Shown one piece after another: positions 26,243-39,500 of a DNA stretch of 64,000 bases. The DNA is taken from the NCBI GenBank assembly GCA_964199315.1, contig OZ116700.1, forward strand, positions 4,030,001-4,094,000, written 5' to 3'. The position numbers were made by a program, and so were the translations under genes. How positions within the stretch are numbered: the stretch's first letter is position 1; every line of letters begins with the position of its first letter. The notes below the pieces were generated by a model. It ran no database searches. It saw only the letters and a list, made by a program, of their open reading frames with translations, and was not told where the DNA came from. The DNA is from Orbicella franksi (lineage: Eukaryota).

Positions 26243-26693
26243 CAGTTGAACCTCTGGTTGCGACCACCTCTCCCCAGCGCCCAGTTTTCCAAAGTACCAA
26301 AAGTTTCCAAGTCAAATCACTATATTTGGAACCTCTTGTAAGCGACCACCTCTCGTAAGCGATCGCGACCACTTTTAGAGCTAAAAGTTTGAAATTTTCT
26401 TTTGTTTTTAACCTCCCACAAACGACCACTTAACAGGTAATAGAGAGGAAATTGGATAATAACGAGTTGTAATATTATCGAATTCCTGGGTTGTACAAGA
26501 GACGGAAATTCTCAATGGGAATTACCAGAATATTTTTCTCCAAAATGACTTTCCACAAGAAAACACAGTTAAAAATTTTAAGAAAAAATTCACATACACC
26601 GTACTCTAGCAAAATTTTGACTCAATATGGTCAAAGTTCTCATAAGCAACTAGGCCTGACATTTTGGCTGATCGCTTATGGGAGGTTCGACTG
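26243..26693. mobile_element. Tc1/mariner-type MITE (family also at 38271-38768 and 54204-54707)
   Basis: TA|cagttgaacctc ... gaggttcgactg|TG; internal gcgaccacct repeats; long blocks shared with the other two copies. Confidence 0.85.
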
Positions 26694-26899
26694 TGTTTTA
26701 TGTATTATTAATGTGATTTTCCTACAAAAATGCTGGGCCACAATACCATACCTCCACACAGATAAATTTTTTTCCAAGACCCTTCCCCCACCTCTCTGGA
26801 AATTCCAATTAAGCTTACTAAATTTCTTTAAATGTTTTGGTCTAAGAGAACCCCCTACCCCTCAGGAAATTCCAATCCCTTCTCTCTCTGTGTGTGTGT

Positions 26900-26931
<32 letters not shown>

Positions 26932-27430
26932 GTATGGATATTTTCTGGAACTGCACAATGGAGAATACAAAATGTCCACACTCTCACATCACAATACTCA
27001 CTTTAATGAAACAATTGATATTTTACAAAATGGACCTTACAATGAATGCAAAAACAAAAACAGATTGAAGGCTGTACATTGTTGATGTCAAACTCTGCAA
27101 GTAACCTTCAGCTACTCCCCCTGCAAGTCAGAAAAAAGATACATTACTACGTACACCTTAAATGGGAACAGTTTTTTTCTCATATCTTACTTAAGTAACA
27201 CATCTTACTTATGAACTTACAATAATCTGCAATTGGGATTTTCTGAGGTTACTGCTGGCAGCCTACTTTGATGTGTTGCAGTGACTGAAAAAATTACAAA
27301 CCTGAAAGCCTAGGATTGCATCTCTGAACATAACTTTGGTGGTGAAATTTGATGGTATTTTGCCAACAGAAAAGAAGAAAGCAAGCTAATATGGATCGGT
27401 CTGTATCGTACTACACAGAATGATTCTAAT

Positions 27431-30400
27431 CTACGCATTCGTAGCATTCCTTACCGGGGTATTATCCTCAGCTTGTGGTTCATAGGACTGTAACTGAAAG
27501 AAGGAAATGAAATAACACAAATAAAAATTAATCACACTTCAGTCACGAAAATCCTAAGTGTCTTCTCGCATTTGCTGTAGTTCTTTCAGAGTGAAATTTG
27601 TCCTGGTTAATCAAAACATCTTTTTTAAAGCCATCTAGTTTGCAGTTCTTGAAAAGCTCCAAAATGTTCCAATCCTGTACTTACTCAAGACTGTCAGACG
27701 AGAATAATATTAGATTCTTACAGTATAAAGATGGACCTCTGAAATAACATAAGCATATATTGACTGCCATTAAAGCGATTGATTTTTTGATTACATCACG
27801 ACAGCTTATTGCATATTACAAATCACACAGATGTGCATCACAGACACTACAAGTAACCAGCTGTTTTTAATTCTCCAGTGCAACAGAAAGATGGTTTTAC
27901 TCCTTTTAAACTGCTATGTGCTAGATCTTAGTACTTGACATTAAAGACTCTTCAACATCATGCCAAAGAAAATCAAAACAGTTAAAATATCTGGAGTGAT
28001 TTGCAACAAATAAGTGACAAATTCAGTGGCAGTGTCAAAGTTGGCATAAATGTTAAAAAATACAACAAAACTAAAAAATAGGAAGGTAACCCTGGACCTT
28101 GTCTTAAAAATAACATTCTTTGCTTTCTAGGAAGATTTTTAATTGTTATGAAAAAAGAGAGAAAATTGCAGACAACACCAGCCCTGTTCCTAAATTTACA
28201 TGTTCCACAGTCATCAGACGAGTGCACAATATTTCCTTCAAGAGTTGATACCTCCATGCTTTACTAGCAGAGCAGTTGGCTACTCATACAAGCCATTATG
28301 AAAGTCAATTTCGCTTAAAATCAGGCATTAAATTCTTGGTCTACATTACTTGGTTTGAATCCATCAAATTCTTATCAATCACATACTATAACAAACTACC
28401 AATGATATATTGCTTAGCAATGAATGCATAGTTCCAGGTAAGTGAGGGGCCTCAGGTATAAACCCTACATGGTCAGCTACACGACCTGACAAATTAATAA
28501 AAAAATGGTGAAGATTTGGTGGGAACAGTGGGAATTGACCCGTTGCAATTCCTTGTTGGCACCCTGCCTTGAATAATGAAAACTTATCTGGAACCCTGTG
28601 AATGACATATTTAATTTTATTCCCCTGCAAATAATGTTAATCATCAGGTTATACAAGGACCAGCCCATTTATTAAAAATAAATGCAACTGTAGCAGCTTT
28701 TACATCTAAATTAATGTGATTTATGTTCTTGTTAATTATTTTTGTTTCTATCGTGCCAGGATTACGGTGCAAACATTAAACCACGTGCTGAAGAACAAAA
28801 TTACTCACAGGTTTACTCAGAAAGTTCAACAATAGGCTCCTGTACAATAACAGGCCCTGGAGTCCTTGCAGATCTACGGCTGTTGGAGCGGCTTTGCATC
28901 TAGTTTAAAGCTACTTTTAGTATGCTGTTAATTCCCATATCAGTATTTAAGCTGGCTAAGTTGGTTTGAAACATTATTTTCGTCCCATGTAAATCACCTT
29001 GGAGAAAGACAACTTAAACATCAAAGGCTTTTAAGAAGTTTTAAGACCGAGCATGAGAAAACTAACAGTTACTGGTAGAATAAATGAATTGACAAAAAGG
29101 TGCAAATTACATTCTGTCAAGTAAGTTTAAATGTGCTTCACATTTACCAGATCAGAAAGACCCAGATCAGACCTTTACATTGAATTGTTTAAGTATATTG
29201 GCAGTTGCAATATTTTATGTGTACAGCAGTCCACAGTCAAGAATTATCAAATTGATAGAAACTAGAATCTGTCACATGGGTATATAACAAACAGACTATA
29301 AAAACTCCTTGGTACTAGACCTGCATAATGTCCAGTACTAACTCAATACTTTCATGCCTCATGGCTTCTACTTTTGCCATTTCTTGTATGGATCTACTAT
29401 TTTATTTGGTCTTATTCAATAATACCCTTTTCTTCATGTGAGGCAAATATCAAATAAAAAAATATAGTGGTCTGATCTAGGTCTTTAAAAAGTGTTTTTT
29501 TAAAAAAGAAAAATACATTCAAAGGGGTGGCAAATGGTCTGGGTTTATGCGCCTTCTGGCACAACGAAGAGGAGAGAGAGCATGAAGATGATGATAGTAA
29601 GTTTCACTTGGTGACACAAATAAGACTGTCGTTTCTTGAACTGCAGGCCTAAGACTTCCTCAGCGTAATGTTTAAAAGAAATTGAGGCTCTTAAGCGGCC
29701 TTCACACAGCAAACTTAAGTTGGCAAACTCGTGTTGGCAAACTTCAGAAAGTTGGCCAACTCGTACCTTCAGACGTCAAACTCGCCTCAAATCACAACAC
29801 ATGGTAATTTGCAACATGGCCAACTTAGTGCAGTGGCACTCACGTAGAACAGTGAAACAGAAGAAGAGAAGAAAAGAAACAGAAAGCGGTGGAGAAATAG
29901 AAAGGTTTGGACGAAACCCAATTTGTCTGCTAGCTCCTCCATTTTCTTTTGCTTGTTTTTAGGTATCTTTGTAGACTACAGATGAAATGTCCCACACAGC
30001 CGGACAATTGTGAACGTCTTCGATAAATTCAAAAGTGGCCTCATGTTCATCTTGAATTGCGTCCGCTATTTTGTGAAGTGTCATGCAGATAAATCATGTG
30101 TATAGAGCCCGTGTTTTGATTGGTTGACAGTCAACAACACATGTTTGCCAATCGTTCACACGTCAGAAACAAGTTTACCAACACGAAAAAGTTGGTGAAA
30201 AAGTTGGTGAGAATAGAGACAAGTTCTATTTGTTGCCAACAGTTTGCCAACATGTTAACCAACTGTTTTTGTGCCGTTCACACACACCAACTTGAGTTTG
30301 CCAACTTAAATTTGCCGTGTGAAGGCCGCTTTAGACAGTAGCCCTAAACTCCCTCTCCCCATCAAAAAAAAAAAAAAAAAAATTGAGATTCTTAGCTACC

Positions 30401-32651
30401 TGTAACATGACCAAAATGTTTTCAAAGGACCATTCACCACCCCTATAATTTATAAGTTACTGTTCTAGTGCCAGCAAGTGATGAAGTCTGTTGTTATCGA
30501 GTGGATGGGACTTACAGGAGTTCCTTGGGCCCATGACAGCTGCTTTTCAACACTTTTGAGTGCACTAGAGGTAGATGGTGGCTCAGAAAGTGATATTATC
30601 TGTTATAGTTAAATGATGACTGTCACAAACAATGGTTTTGTTTACATGTTAGCTTTTTCACAGAAGGGTTTAATGTTTCTACAGTGTAGAATCATACAAT
30701 ATCACAATCTAAAAACAGACAGTATTAATTTTACACTGTTTAAAGGTCAGTATGTTGAATAGTTTAATTCTCAACTGTTTCAGGCGACATTAGTAATGAC
30801 AAAATAACAAATAATGGACTATCCAATTGTAAATGATGTGTGTCATCAACAATGTGCAATTGCCCATCAACTATGTACAGTTCTTTTAATATGAGAAGTA
30901 GCACCTGACAGAACACCCATCAGGTACTCTGCAGTGAATTGCTAGCTATAATAATGTTAACAGTTTTTTAAAGAAATACTACTAGATGAAATTGCTGTGG
31001 GCCAGGGCAGCAGCCTAACCCAAGTCTTATTGAAAGCACTGATCTAGAGACCTGGGGTGATAAACATGTTATTCAATGTACACTAAAAGTGATTCACGGT
31101 TTCCAGGTTTCCAATTTGTTTCTCAATATTCTACATAATTTTTATGTACTCTTACTTAATCATGTTCTAGATGACAATTTTATCATCAGATTCTTCACAA
31201 AAGGAAGCCAATAATTTCACAGAATTGCAAACATGTGAACCTACCACTGCCACTGCAGAAAAAGCCAATTGAATTATGTTGGGTTTGAGCTAGTTTCACA
31301 ACAGAACTCAAAACAATGAATACATGGATATTTAAGAGTTTGTAGAACTGTCAATGCAATTATTTATTTCACTGTCAACCCCACATCAGCAACCATTTCC
31401 ATGATTTATTGTTCAACAAATATCAACAAGACAAAAACAGAGGCCATCCATCTATTTTGAATAATACTGGAAATAGATGGATGCTAAGATTTGTAATTCA
31501 TGTCAATACTGATATGGTACACAGTCTGCTTAGTTTGGTATTAATGCATTTATGGAAGTTTTAAGGGTTTAAATACTATACAGCTTATATATATATAAAA
31601 GAACATTAAACTGAATTTTAGATAAAATTAAATTAAAAAATCCCAGAAATTCACCTAATTTTACAAACTCTGTGTTGTCTTATACCACATAATTTTCAAA
31701 CTGGTGGATTTTACTGCAGCAACAGTAACACAAAAGTTCTTTGCAATGCCATTGGTTCTCACTGCATTTGTTACCTCACTCAATTGACAAATTCCCTGTA
31801 CTTACTCTTTGTTTCAATTCACTGTTTTCTGCCGTCAGCTGATCAACTTTCTGTCGTAAGTCTGAGACTTCATTTCTCAAAGACTCAATGTCGGCAGTTT
31901 CAGGGGGTCCCCCATGGAGATGTTCTTTCATAAAGCTTGAGCATTATTAAGGTAATAAAAATCTTTGAACAAATTGTTACACATTCATCCAAAAGTGTTA
32001 AAATAATGTGTACTTCTAATACAAATTAGATCAATTGGCACTAGTTTTGCGTAGTCCTCAGAAAATTTAGCACCAAACTCTCAATTATAGCATTTAAGGG
32101 TTCAAGAATCACAAACTTAGTTATCAGGAGCTGATCAACATTTTGTTCATTAGCAGCTTTTGACTGACACCTGACAATCAGTGATAAACTTCTCAACTTG
32201 CCAGGTTGAACGGATAACTCTCTACGCGTATACACTTAGTATTTCAATTAAAAAAATTGCTAACCACCAGGAAGAACTCCTGACATGTAAGTAAATTTAT
32301 ATAAGCTTAAAAGTTGAGTCTTAATTAAGGGAAATATTAGCTATTTGAAAGGATACTCTAATGCATTAGCTGGTTTCTCCGGTTCCTCGTACAGATTCAC
32401 GAGAACTGTAAACACATAACAAAATAGAATTTAGCAACAGGAGCTAAATTCGACTGCCTAAACGACGCAAAAATTACCTTTCGTCAAAGCATCCATAACT
32501 CCCGCCTTTTCCAGATACTTTCTGAACTCCTCGCGTTTTGAATCGGCTACCTTCAACGAAAAGAGCTCAAAATTAACACAAGGCTTCAGGTTTACTCAAC
32601 CACTTGGAAGCATGTAAATTCAATGTCACAAACCCTGTACTGTGATGTCAT
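27431..32651 (-). CDS. MYCBP: c-Myc-binding protein (AMY-1), 110 aa; alternative end ..DNTP|GE* via exon 27112-27120 (105 aa)
   Basis: Exons 32634-32651, 32478-32550, 32357-32405, 31806-31935, 27431-27493 give MTSQYRVADSKREEFRKYLEKAGVMDALTKVLVNLYEEPEKPANALDFMKEHLHGGPPETADIESLRNEVSDLRQKVDQLTAENSELKQRLQSYEPQAEDNTP..., matching the MYCBP signature DSKRE.FR.YLEK.GV.D.LTKVLV.LYEEPEKP..AL.F. Confidence 0.95.
29694..30330 (-). mobile_element. Non-autonomous PIF/Harbinger element with a MADF (Myb/SANT-like) remnant
   Basis: TTA target duplication and ~40-bp TIR (agcggccttcacacagcaaacttaagttggcaaactc). The minus strand at ~29905-30088 reads FIEDVHNCPAVWDISSVVYKDT/KNKQKKMEELADKLG with a 1-nt frameshift. 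Confidence 0.85.
31936..32356 (-). other. U12-type (minor spliceosome) GT-AG intron in MYCBP
   Basis: 5' site GTATCCTTTC; branch-like ACCTTAAT at 31953-31946, about 10 nt from the AG; no polypyrimidine tract; phase 2. Confidence 0.85.
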
Positions 32652-32827
32652 CTTTCCAGGCCTAAAGATTTACGAAGCCTTCAAAAAGTGATCGAGGAAC
32701 TGTTAAGAAAAGTCTGTAGCAACGAAAATTACAGTCAACACTCCACCGAACTGCATTACGGGAGAAATGAGTGCTACTCGTCCCAGGCTCCACTCACCCA
32801 CCTGCAGCTTCAGTGCATTGCGTGACA
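32652..32827. promoter_or_regulatory. Probable bidirectional promoter / 5' UTR region between MYCBP and the glutaredoxin-like gene
   Basis: The two start codons point away from each other, separated by only 176 nt. Confidence 0.6.
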
Positions 32828-34830
32828 ATGAGCACCAAAGTATTTCGATACGCACTTTGCTTGAAAAATGAATTCCTTTCACAAGCTCTCTCTGGCACAA
32901 GACTCACACGTTTTTCAACTAAACCTGTTCTTCCAGTTCTGACCTTGTACACCAAGGTAAGTTATCAAACTTAACTATAAGTTATCAAACAAAGTAAACT
33001 GGGGATTTATTAGCTCATGTTAAATTAAAGATAAAATGTAATACTTTTAAAAATTACAATAACTTTTATAGTGAAGATTACGAGATCGTACTTGTGTGTA
33101 GCTTTAAAGACTGAATATCCAAAGTTTAAAACAGGAACCTGGCCCCAAAATGCTACCAAGTGCTATGACCTGAAATGACCAAATGCCTGGGGCGTGTCAT
33201 TAAAGGAACCCCCCTTATTGGCAGAAATCTGAAACCTTCCAAATGCAGAGTCAGGCACTTAACAAGAACCTCAAGGAAGAGAGGTTACAAAACTGAAGAA
33301 TGTAACATGACAGTTAATGAAAAACAACTGACTTATATTTGAAAAAAAAAAGAAAAATCTCTAAGCAATAATTGACTGCAATATAATCAGCTTAGAATGG
33401 CTCAACTTAGAAGATACACCCATATACCCTAAATCGTCATGGCGACTATCAAAACAGGCGAGCCATGAAAACAATTTCCTCTTCTTTGACAAAGCCACAG
33501 CGAATGACATAAATTTTATAACAATTCACAGTACAATATAGTGTACAAGTGAATACCATATGAAAGATCATATATTTGAACAGCGGAGAAAGATATGAAG
33601 ACATGATTGATCATTGCAGTTATGCACACGATATAAGCAGTGGTGAAAATTCAGGCCTGAAGTTTTTTCAGGCTTTAATTTCAGAACTGCTTAAGTCGTG
33701 TGCATAACTGCGATGATTAATGTCTTCATACAATATGGTCTGTCGTTATTTTCTAGGAATCCCAATGATTTTTTTGTTCAAATTGTTTTGTAGTCAAAGT
33801 TCGTTCAAATCAGACAGCCAGTAAGTTTGTAAGACTGTTTATTTCAAGATAACCTTACTCTGTCCCTTTTCCACAGCATATTTGTCCACTCTGTGATGAA
33901 GCAAAGGCTGTCCTAGAGAACTATAAACACAGGGTATGTATAGTGTGGTTATACTCTGATTTATACATTATGTTGTGATCCTGCAATACACGGAAGCCCC
34001 CTCCTCCTCAGGGGGGACTCCCATATAAAAAGGATCCTGGGTTGCTAGTCATACCTTTTAGGGGTTAAAAACATGGTTTTGGTACCTCTTAGATCAGTGT
34101 TCAGCCTCAAAAGGTCCACAGAGGAAGCTTTTGCAGTACCTTTAAGCTAAGGGTATTAAACTGAGAAAAGTATCGCAGATGTGTTGTTTTAGAATTGGTA
34201 TCTCTTAGGGGTGAAGAACATTTCAAGCCGTGCCCACAAAACAGAATCTTGGTACCTCTTAGGGGTTCTCTTCAAAATTTTTGATGAGCAGCATCGTCCT
34301 TTTTATATGCGAGTCTTCCTGAGATGATAGCCCTTAATGGCACGGGTTCTTTTATATAACTGTTATGGCTGGACTATGGTTTAAGTGTTCCAGTTTCAAG
34401 CCCAGGAGCCATGGTTGGGACTGGGTTACTGTCAGAGTGGTGTTCTTAAGCTGGCCTGTATCACAGACAGTATAAGAGTGTACTAAACTTTATCAAGGAT
34501 TTCAACACATCCAGCTGCACCTTGAACTATCTTTAGCTTAGGCCAGACACCTCTTGAAACTCTCAGTATCTCTCTGTCAAATCTCCAGGTTAATTTTGTT
34601 CAAAATTATGCAATGTTTTCAGTAATTGTCATGTTATCATATAAACTGATCTTTAGTTTCAACTTGAGGAGGTGGACATCAAAGCAAAAGGAAATGAAAC
34701 ATGGTTTGACCAGTACAGATATGAAATTCCCGTGTTTCATCTAAATGGATCATTTCTCATGAAACACAGAGTGAACGAAGAATTACTAGACAAGGAACTG
34801 AGAAAGTATGAAGAACAGAGCTGCAGATAG
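32828..34830 (+). CDS. C5orf63: Glutaredoxin-like protein, C5orf63/YDR286C family (119 aa, CPLC site, probable mitochondrial presequence)
   Basis: Exons 32828-32956, 33877-33933, 34657-34830: ..KPVLPVLTLYTK|HICPLCDEAKAVLENYKHR|FQLEEVDIKAKGNETWFDQYRYEIPVFHLNGSFLMKHRVNEELLDKELRKYEEQSCR*. The N-terminus is rich in Arg/Ser/Leu. Confidence 0.92.
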
Positions 34831-36565
34831 TCTCTACATGAAACGGTGTTTATTATAAGATATTGTCATGACAATTCACTGCTAATGCATGAATTTTAAA
34901 AACTCAATGCCTGTGTACATTTATTGGGGTGAAAAAAAAAAAGCGTAAGAACATTAAGTCTTTGAGTGGTGTACAAAATTAATAACTAACTATAATTTAG
35001 CTTGTTCCAGGCATTATTCTGATTAGTGCAGGTCTGGTGTTGGTCAACTTCATACTGTCATGGACTGTGTAATCAGGCCATAGTGACACATTTTGTTCCT
35101 TGTACTATAAAGACACCACAATCCTGCTGGGAAATTCTAGCCACAGGTAATCCCACTAGGATATTTAAAAACTCAAGAGCCTGTTTATTCAAAGTAGGAT
35201 TTAAAAGTGTCAAGTGCAAAAGTAATTCAGTTTTCCAACAATCATTTCTTTGTTCTTGTTGTTCAATGTCAAACTTCTCAACTTAAATTTGGCAGTGAAA
35301 TGCAGTTTGAAAATAAGAGAATTACGACTCTTGGTTAACTTTATGATCCTTTATTAGCATTAATCAGCTTTTGAAGCACTTGGCCCTACTGGTCAAAATC
35401 CTGGGAGACTTTGGTGATATGTCAGTTTTGCGCACCAGAAAAGGGAGAGCTGGGGTGTGTGTAGAGTATGGAGGACACTATCCATCTGCTAATGGAACAT
35501 TCTGATCCACATTATTTTACTAGAAGACTTGACGTTTGTTATAGTTTCTACTCTTTATTATAATATTATTTCTAACTTACAAATGGTGAAGTCTATTATG
35601 TACATTTTTCTGGGCCAAAGTTGTGATGCAAAAGCACATTATTTTTAAATAAATTATTATGAATAACTGTACAACTAATAAATAATACAAAACAGTCTTT
35701 TTCTAACTCTTCACTGTACACGGATCTCACAATAATCCTTATCAAAGCACAGAGTTGTTAAACATAACCAGGTACTGGCAAAATTAGTACCATTTACTTG
35801 TGATAGTCATTCTGCTGGCTTATTTGTTTTGTTAGAAATAGGTTGGCAAAATCAGTCCCATACTTATTACTAACTTCAGGTTTTTGTGACAACCCAGGCA
35901 ACACTTTTAAAGTATTGAAAAAATGCAGATGCCTGTGGTTTGAACACCTAAGTACAACATTGCAAACTTTGTAAATATATGTGAACTTAGATCAAAAAGG
36001 TTTATATGTCACAGTACATGTTCATTATGTCATTCCAGAAAATATCCATACCCCTCGCACAGGAGGTTTTTTGGACTAGGTTCTTAATGTCCTTAAAAAA
36101 GTTTGGCCTTTTACAACACCACCCTGGGATTTTCCAGTAGTTCTTTTGGATATTTTCTGGAGCCACACATTTCAATTTTGTGATTTCTTTTCCAAAGTGG
36201 TCATCAAATTGAAGGAAACCATATTTTAATTAAATAATACTTTACTCTACAGTAGGAAAAAATGGCAAAAAGCTCAAATATGAATTTACCAAAAAAGGAG
36301 GAAAGACGGCCTAGAAAGACTAAAGGAATTATGAACAAATTGTTTTGTCAACTTTTAAAAATGTTTCTGGTGATTTATTCAGGATGGACAATTCATGACA
36401 CCGGTTCTTTTATATAACTGTTATGGCTGTGTTCTAAATCCTGACTCTACTAATTTGATAAAACACCTGATAAATAATTATTGTCTAGAAATTACGACAT
36501 TTAGAACCTAAGCTAATGTGGTTTTAGTACTTATAGTAAACATTATGCAACATGCACAACTATCA

Positions 36566-39500
36566 TTAAAGAGAATCATCTTGCAACATTTTGATATTTT
36601 CTGAATGTTTGGTAATTCCAATGACACCACAGGCCAAGCAAGATCCACTATTTCCAGTTGTGAGGCTCAGTTCATGTCCTCCTGTCCCAAGATCATCTAC
36701 TCCTGCACAAACCTGTGAAGCAAACATCCTTACTGAAGCTTACTTTTTACTACAAACAAACAAGTTTTCCAGACAACTGTCTTTAACAATTTTGATTGTG
36801 TGAATGAACAGCAAACTACCCTAAACAACTTCTCTTCACAAGGTTTCATTTGCTTATGAAAAACTTAATAAGACAATTTTTTGACAAATACTCCTTAAAG
36901 CCACAATACTCTTGTGTGCAGTGGAATTATTTAAATTTTAAATCCAAGTTCTTTATTCTTTCATCAATAACTTTTTTGGGTCATGCAAATGAGCATGTTT
37001 TACCATTTGACAAGTTCTATCTTGAGAACAATCTCCTTGCAGTAGGATATAGTTGTCAAGGAACAACCTGCCAAATCTTCTTAATGAGCCTCCTAATGTA
37101 TATGTGAAGACCTACTTGTCTATAACTTCATAAAGACTGAGATTAATTTCTTTCAACTAAGGCTGGTTTGGTCCAGTTTGATTTTAATAATAAGCAATCC
37201 CAAGGCCCTGTTGGGGTGAAATTCTGAAATGCCAGGACACTGAAACAATGTGGGGTCTGATAAAGTGGCAGCCAGTATGACAAATGAATGTAACAAACTT
37301 ATGAAATTGCAACATGGAAAGGTTTGAAATTCAGACAAGGATTGGATATGCTTAACCCCGCTTACAGGACCGCAGCCATGCATCACTCTGTACAACCGGA
37401 CATTACAAACGTCATCTGTGTAAAAATCACTTCAGTCTATTACAGTACTGTACAATTACTTGTAACCCACTAGTCAATGAATGATGAACAAGAGCATTCT
37501 GGAGGGCGGCATAAGGTTTTATGGTGATGCTTTTTGGTGTGGTTTTGCAGAATTTTTTTTTAACTTGCAGTATTGCAGTTTTAAAAGACTAAGCGGTTTG
37601 CAGTTTCATAATGTATTGCCGATTTAGTTCAATTGCGACCAACTGCAAAAAAATGGGTGTTTCTAAGCTTGTGTTTGGGATATTTGAGCCTGAAAACTAG
37701 CATCTTGATAAATTTTCACAAGTATGAAGTATGAAGTATTGATGACAGCATTTAGCACACTTGTAACTATGGTTTTGGTGTTTTGGTAAATTTTGATGCA
37801 GTATTGCAGATTTTTTTGGACATTTTTCTACCCACTTTTGCAGTTTTTGGACCCCCCTTACACAACCCTCATTCTAATATTTGGTTCCCAGATCATGAGC
37901 AGTCAACTTTGCAATACAGACTGCTTAACAATAAATTTCACAAGGAAAATACTGACCTCTAATGTGCGACCTATTACTGAGTGTTCCCCTGTTAGTGAAA
38001 CAATGTTATCAGTAATGTTCACTTCTGCCTGGCCTTGACTGTCAGCTTCAATGTTCCCAAGGTCTCCTGCATGTCTATTATAAAAAAACAAAATGAATTT
38101 AAATAAATAACTTACTTACCCATGACAGTTAGTGTAAAATGAATTATAAATAGATTCGAACCCCTATTAAGCAGCCACCTATTAAATGGCCACCCCTATC
38201 ACGCGGCCAGCCCCTTTGCGGCCACTATCCATTTCCCCAAGGGTGGCCGTTTAATAGGGGTTGAAATGTACAGTCAAACTTCTGGTTGCGACCACCTCTC
38301 ATAAGCAGCCACCTCTCCCCAGTAACCAGTTTTCCAAAATACCAAAAGTTTCCAAGTCAAATAACTACATTTTGAGCCTCTTGTAGGCAACCACCTCTCG
38401 TAAGCGACCACGGCCACTTTTAGAGCTAAAAGTTTGAAATTCTCCTTTGTTTTTATAATAACCTCCCATAAGCGACCACTTGACAGATAATAGAGCGGAA
38501 ATTGGACAATAAGGTGTGGTTGTAACCTTATCGCATTCCTGGGTAGTACAAGAGATGGAAATTTCTCAATAGGAAATACTGGATTTTTTCTCAAAATTCA
38601 CTTTTCACCAGAAAAAAAGCATTAAAAACATGGGGTAAGTCTCTGCAGTTACCATGTATGGGACAAAATTTTGAGGCAACATGGTCTAAGCTCTCGTAAG
38701 TGACCACCTCACGTGAGCGACCATCTAGGCTTGACATTTTGGGTGGTCACTTGCGGGAGGTTTGACTGTAACTGCACAAAAATTGTTTTTATTCAACATA
38801 AATTATGAAAAAAATAATGAAATAATTGTAAAAAAATTTTAATATAAATTGATAATTAATGTAAAATGTAAATAATAAGTTTCCTGATTGAATTAGAATT
38901 TGGAGTGTTGAGTTTTGAGGAAATTGTAAAACCAGAAACCCTCCGAGCAAGGATGAGAGCCAAAACAGCTCAACCTACAAATGACTGACTAGGTCCAGGA
39001 TTTGAATCTGGGCCACATTTTGAGGAGCTATGCCATGGTTTTGTATCTTGAAAAGTTTAGCCAAAATTTTTCAAGTTTTTCCATTGTAATTCATGTCAAT
39101 CTTCTCCACCCTTAACCATCCTTGTTCCCTTATGGTTTAATATTATCTTGTTGGTGATTTTCTATCAACAGTAAAGTAATATTTTCAGGTTTCCTTCAGT
39201 CTAAAGATAATATTTTACATGCCCAAAATAACTGAAAATGCTATGACTGAACTTCCCTTAAGAGTGCCGAGGGCTCTATTACCATAGTACCATTCCTGCA
39301 TTCTTTCCACTAATAACTGAATGTATACTTATAAGTTAATTTAAGGCTGCTGTCACCAAGTAAATTGTATATACATGTCCTACTTTTTTCCTTACCTGTC
39401 TTCATCTTCTGGTCCTCCATGGCTTTTGTTCAGTGGATTAAAGTGAGCCCCAGCACTATTACAACCTAGTAGGTAAAAAAAAAAAATAATAATAATAATT

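Noticed and set aside
28760-28810. Plus-strand exon-like segment (DYGANIKPRAEEQNYSQ) inside the MYCBP intron
   Set aside because: No partner exons or recognisable protein could be chained; insufficient support for a nested gene.
37153-37415. Alternative last exon for the SOD1-like gene
   Set aside because: In the required phase it gives [10 protein letters not shown] with no SOD similarity; the true SOD C-terminal exon is 36566-36712.
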